From: Gammaproteobacteria bacterium
GTDB lineage: Bacteria; Pseudomonadota; Gammaproteobacteria; SpSt-1174
Assembly (NCBI GenBank): GCA_037388465.1
Contig: JARRKE010000001.1
Location: 7,667 to 71,666, forward strand
DNA length: 64,000 nucleotides
Direction: 5' to 3'
Part shown: piece by piece, positions 63,028 through 64,000 of the stretch
Position numbering within the stretch: the stretch's first letter is position 1
Layout: each line of letters begins with the position of its first letter
Program-made: the position numbers and the translations under genes
The notes under the pieces: model-generated
The model's input: only the letters and a program-made list of their open reading frames with translations
Told to the model about the DNA's origin: nothing
Database searches by the model: none

Positions 63028-63563
63028 TGGGTACGTTCCTTGAGTGCGGCCTGAAGCTGTTCCAGCGTGGTGACAACCTGGGTGTGTTCAAAACCACACA
63101 GCCTTTCGGTGTTCTCCAGATCGATATGACGCGGATACACCATCACAGGTCCTTCGGGCGCATCGGTGCGCATGACCGGTTTGCTGTCGCAGGCAAAAAC
63201 GATGATCGGGATGCGGCACTTGCCTGCCTGCGCGAAGATGTTGGTGACCAGCGTGTCCGACAGGCCCCAGACGCATTTGGCCACCGTGTTGGAGGTCGCC
63301 GGCGCCACCACCAGGGTGTGGTACTGGCCGTGATAGAACTCGCCGACGGGTGGCGAGCTGGCGGTGTTGTCGGTATACACGCGCATGCGTTTGCGCAGGT
63401 CGCTCAGGCTGTGGCCGTACATTTGCAGAACCTCGCCACCCGCCTTGCTGCAGAACAGATCCACGGCGTCCAGTTCGGCGGCCAGCGCCAGCGATTCTTC
63501 CAGGTAATGCCCGGAGCCGGTGATGCCCCAGGCGAATCGTGCACGGTTGCGATCAGCGTACAT
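63003..63563 (-). CDS. Flavoprotein of the CoaC/AfpA family (dihydromethanopterin-reductase DmrX-like candidate)
   Basis: 186 aa. FMN-binding Rossmann-like pattern (WGITGSGH .. VVAPATSNTVAK..). Confidence 0.6.
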   Translation of the reverse strand: MYADRNRARFAWGITGSGHYLEESLALAAELDAVDLFCSKAGGEVLQMYGHSLSDLRKRMRVYTDNTASSPPVGEFYHGQYHTLVVAPATSNTVAKCVWGLSDTLVTNIFAQAGKCRIPIIVFACDSKPVMRTDAPEGPVMVYPRHIDLENTERLCGFEHTQVVTTLEQLQAALKERTQWLNTCCS

Positions 63564-64000
63564 CGCCTACCTCACGCTGACAGATTCCCCACTGGCGGTC
63601 GGCTTCCTCGACGGCGACCTTCAGGGTCGTAACGCCGGCCAGGCCGCCGTCGGCCTGCAGGTCGTTCAGAAGTTGTTCGCAAATGTAGCCGGCGAGTTGC
63701 TCCGCCGTGGTGTTGTTTACCGGCAATACCGCACAATTGCCCAGCGGCAGGGTAAAGCGCTGTCCGTAGGACTCGACGTGGATCCGGTCGTCTTCGCGTT
63801 TGACCGATACGACATTACTCTGTCCGGGAAGCAGTACCTTGTCGTTCAGTGACGCGCAGATTTTCGCAGCCAGTTCGGTGACCTGAACGAAATCCAGCAC
63901 ATATCCGTCCTGGTTGTTTTTGCCGAAAGCTTCGATGCGGGCATGAAAATTGTGTCCGTGGAGGTTTTCGCAGGTGTTGTTGAAGGTGATGAAATGCGCG
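63553..64000 (-). CDS. 6-pyruvoyl-tetrahydropterin synthase / QueD-family protein (partial; 5' end beyond window)
   Basis: Reverse-strand translation at the window edge reads AHFITFNNTCENLHGHNFHARIEAFGKNN.., the Cys-X3-His-Gly-His Zn/active-site signature of the PTPS family. Continues past position 64000. Confidence 0.7.
   Translation of the reverse strand, partial: AHFITFNNTCENLHGHNFHARIEAFGKNNQDGYVLDFVQVTELAAKICASLNDKVLLPGQSNVVSVKREDDRIHVESYGQRFTLPLGNCAVLPVNNTTAEQLAGYICEQLLNDLQADGGLAGVTTLKVAVEEADRQWGICQREVGDVR

Overview
High-GC (~63-65%) proteobacterial window, most likely from a gammaproteobacterial C1-oxidiser (methylotroph or methanotroph). That guess rests on the thrS-infC-rpmI-rplT-pheST-ihfA synteny together with the C1 gene content. 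No mobile elements or CRISPR arrays are evident. The window reads as four blocks. (1) 1-16.7 kb: uvrB 3' end and tRNA-Val, then a minus-strand catabolic island (gdhA, garR-like reductase, TRAP transporter, lutABC, malate synthase A, a DUF1537 four-carbon acid-sugar kinase, an atypical transketolase/phosphoketolase-superfamily enzyme) with a divergent IclR regulator. (2) 16.8-24.3 kb: housekeeping block thrS-infC(AUU start)-rpmI-rplT-pheS-pheT-ihfA-merR-tRNA-Pro. (3) 24.4-42.7 kb: NAD-linked formate dehydrogenase fdsBA, then a lower-GC xoxF-xoxJ-cytochrome c locus (XoxF carries the lanthanide-type DYD motif) flanked by a porin, two TonB-dependent receptors, an EthD-like orphan and exbB-exbD-tonB behind a consensus sigma-54 promoter. 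(4) 42.8-64 kb: a C1-transfer and cofactor-biosynthesis supercluster comprising fhcBADC, mptG, mtdB, mch, fae, MptN/RimK-like, CitG-like, HisA-like, two ATP-grasp proteins, a BadF/hydantoinase-like ATPase, pabB, MfnB/MfnE/MfnF-like methanofuran genes, a DHPS-like protein, a flavoprotein and two PTPS-family genes, with extensive start/stop overlaps. The most novel-looking candidate is the IclR-controlled kinase + TK/PK-like TPP enzyme + malate synthase module, a possible undescribed C4 acid-sugar to glyoxylate/acetyl route. Other items worth a second look are repeat/operator-like elements in promoter regions, a Zn-ribbon-PTPS fusion, and short AT-rich codon islands inside pheT and thrS.
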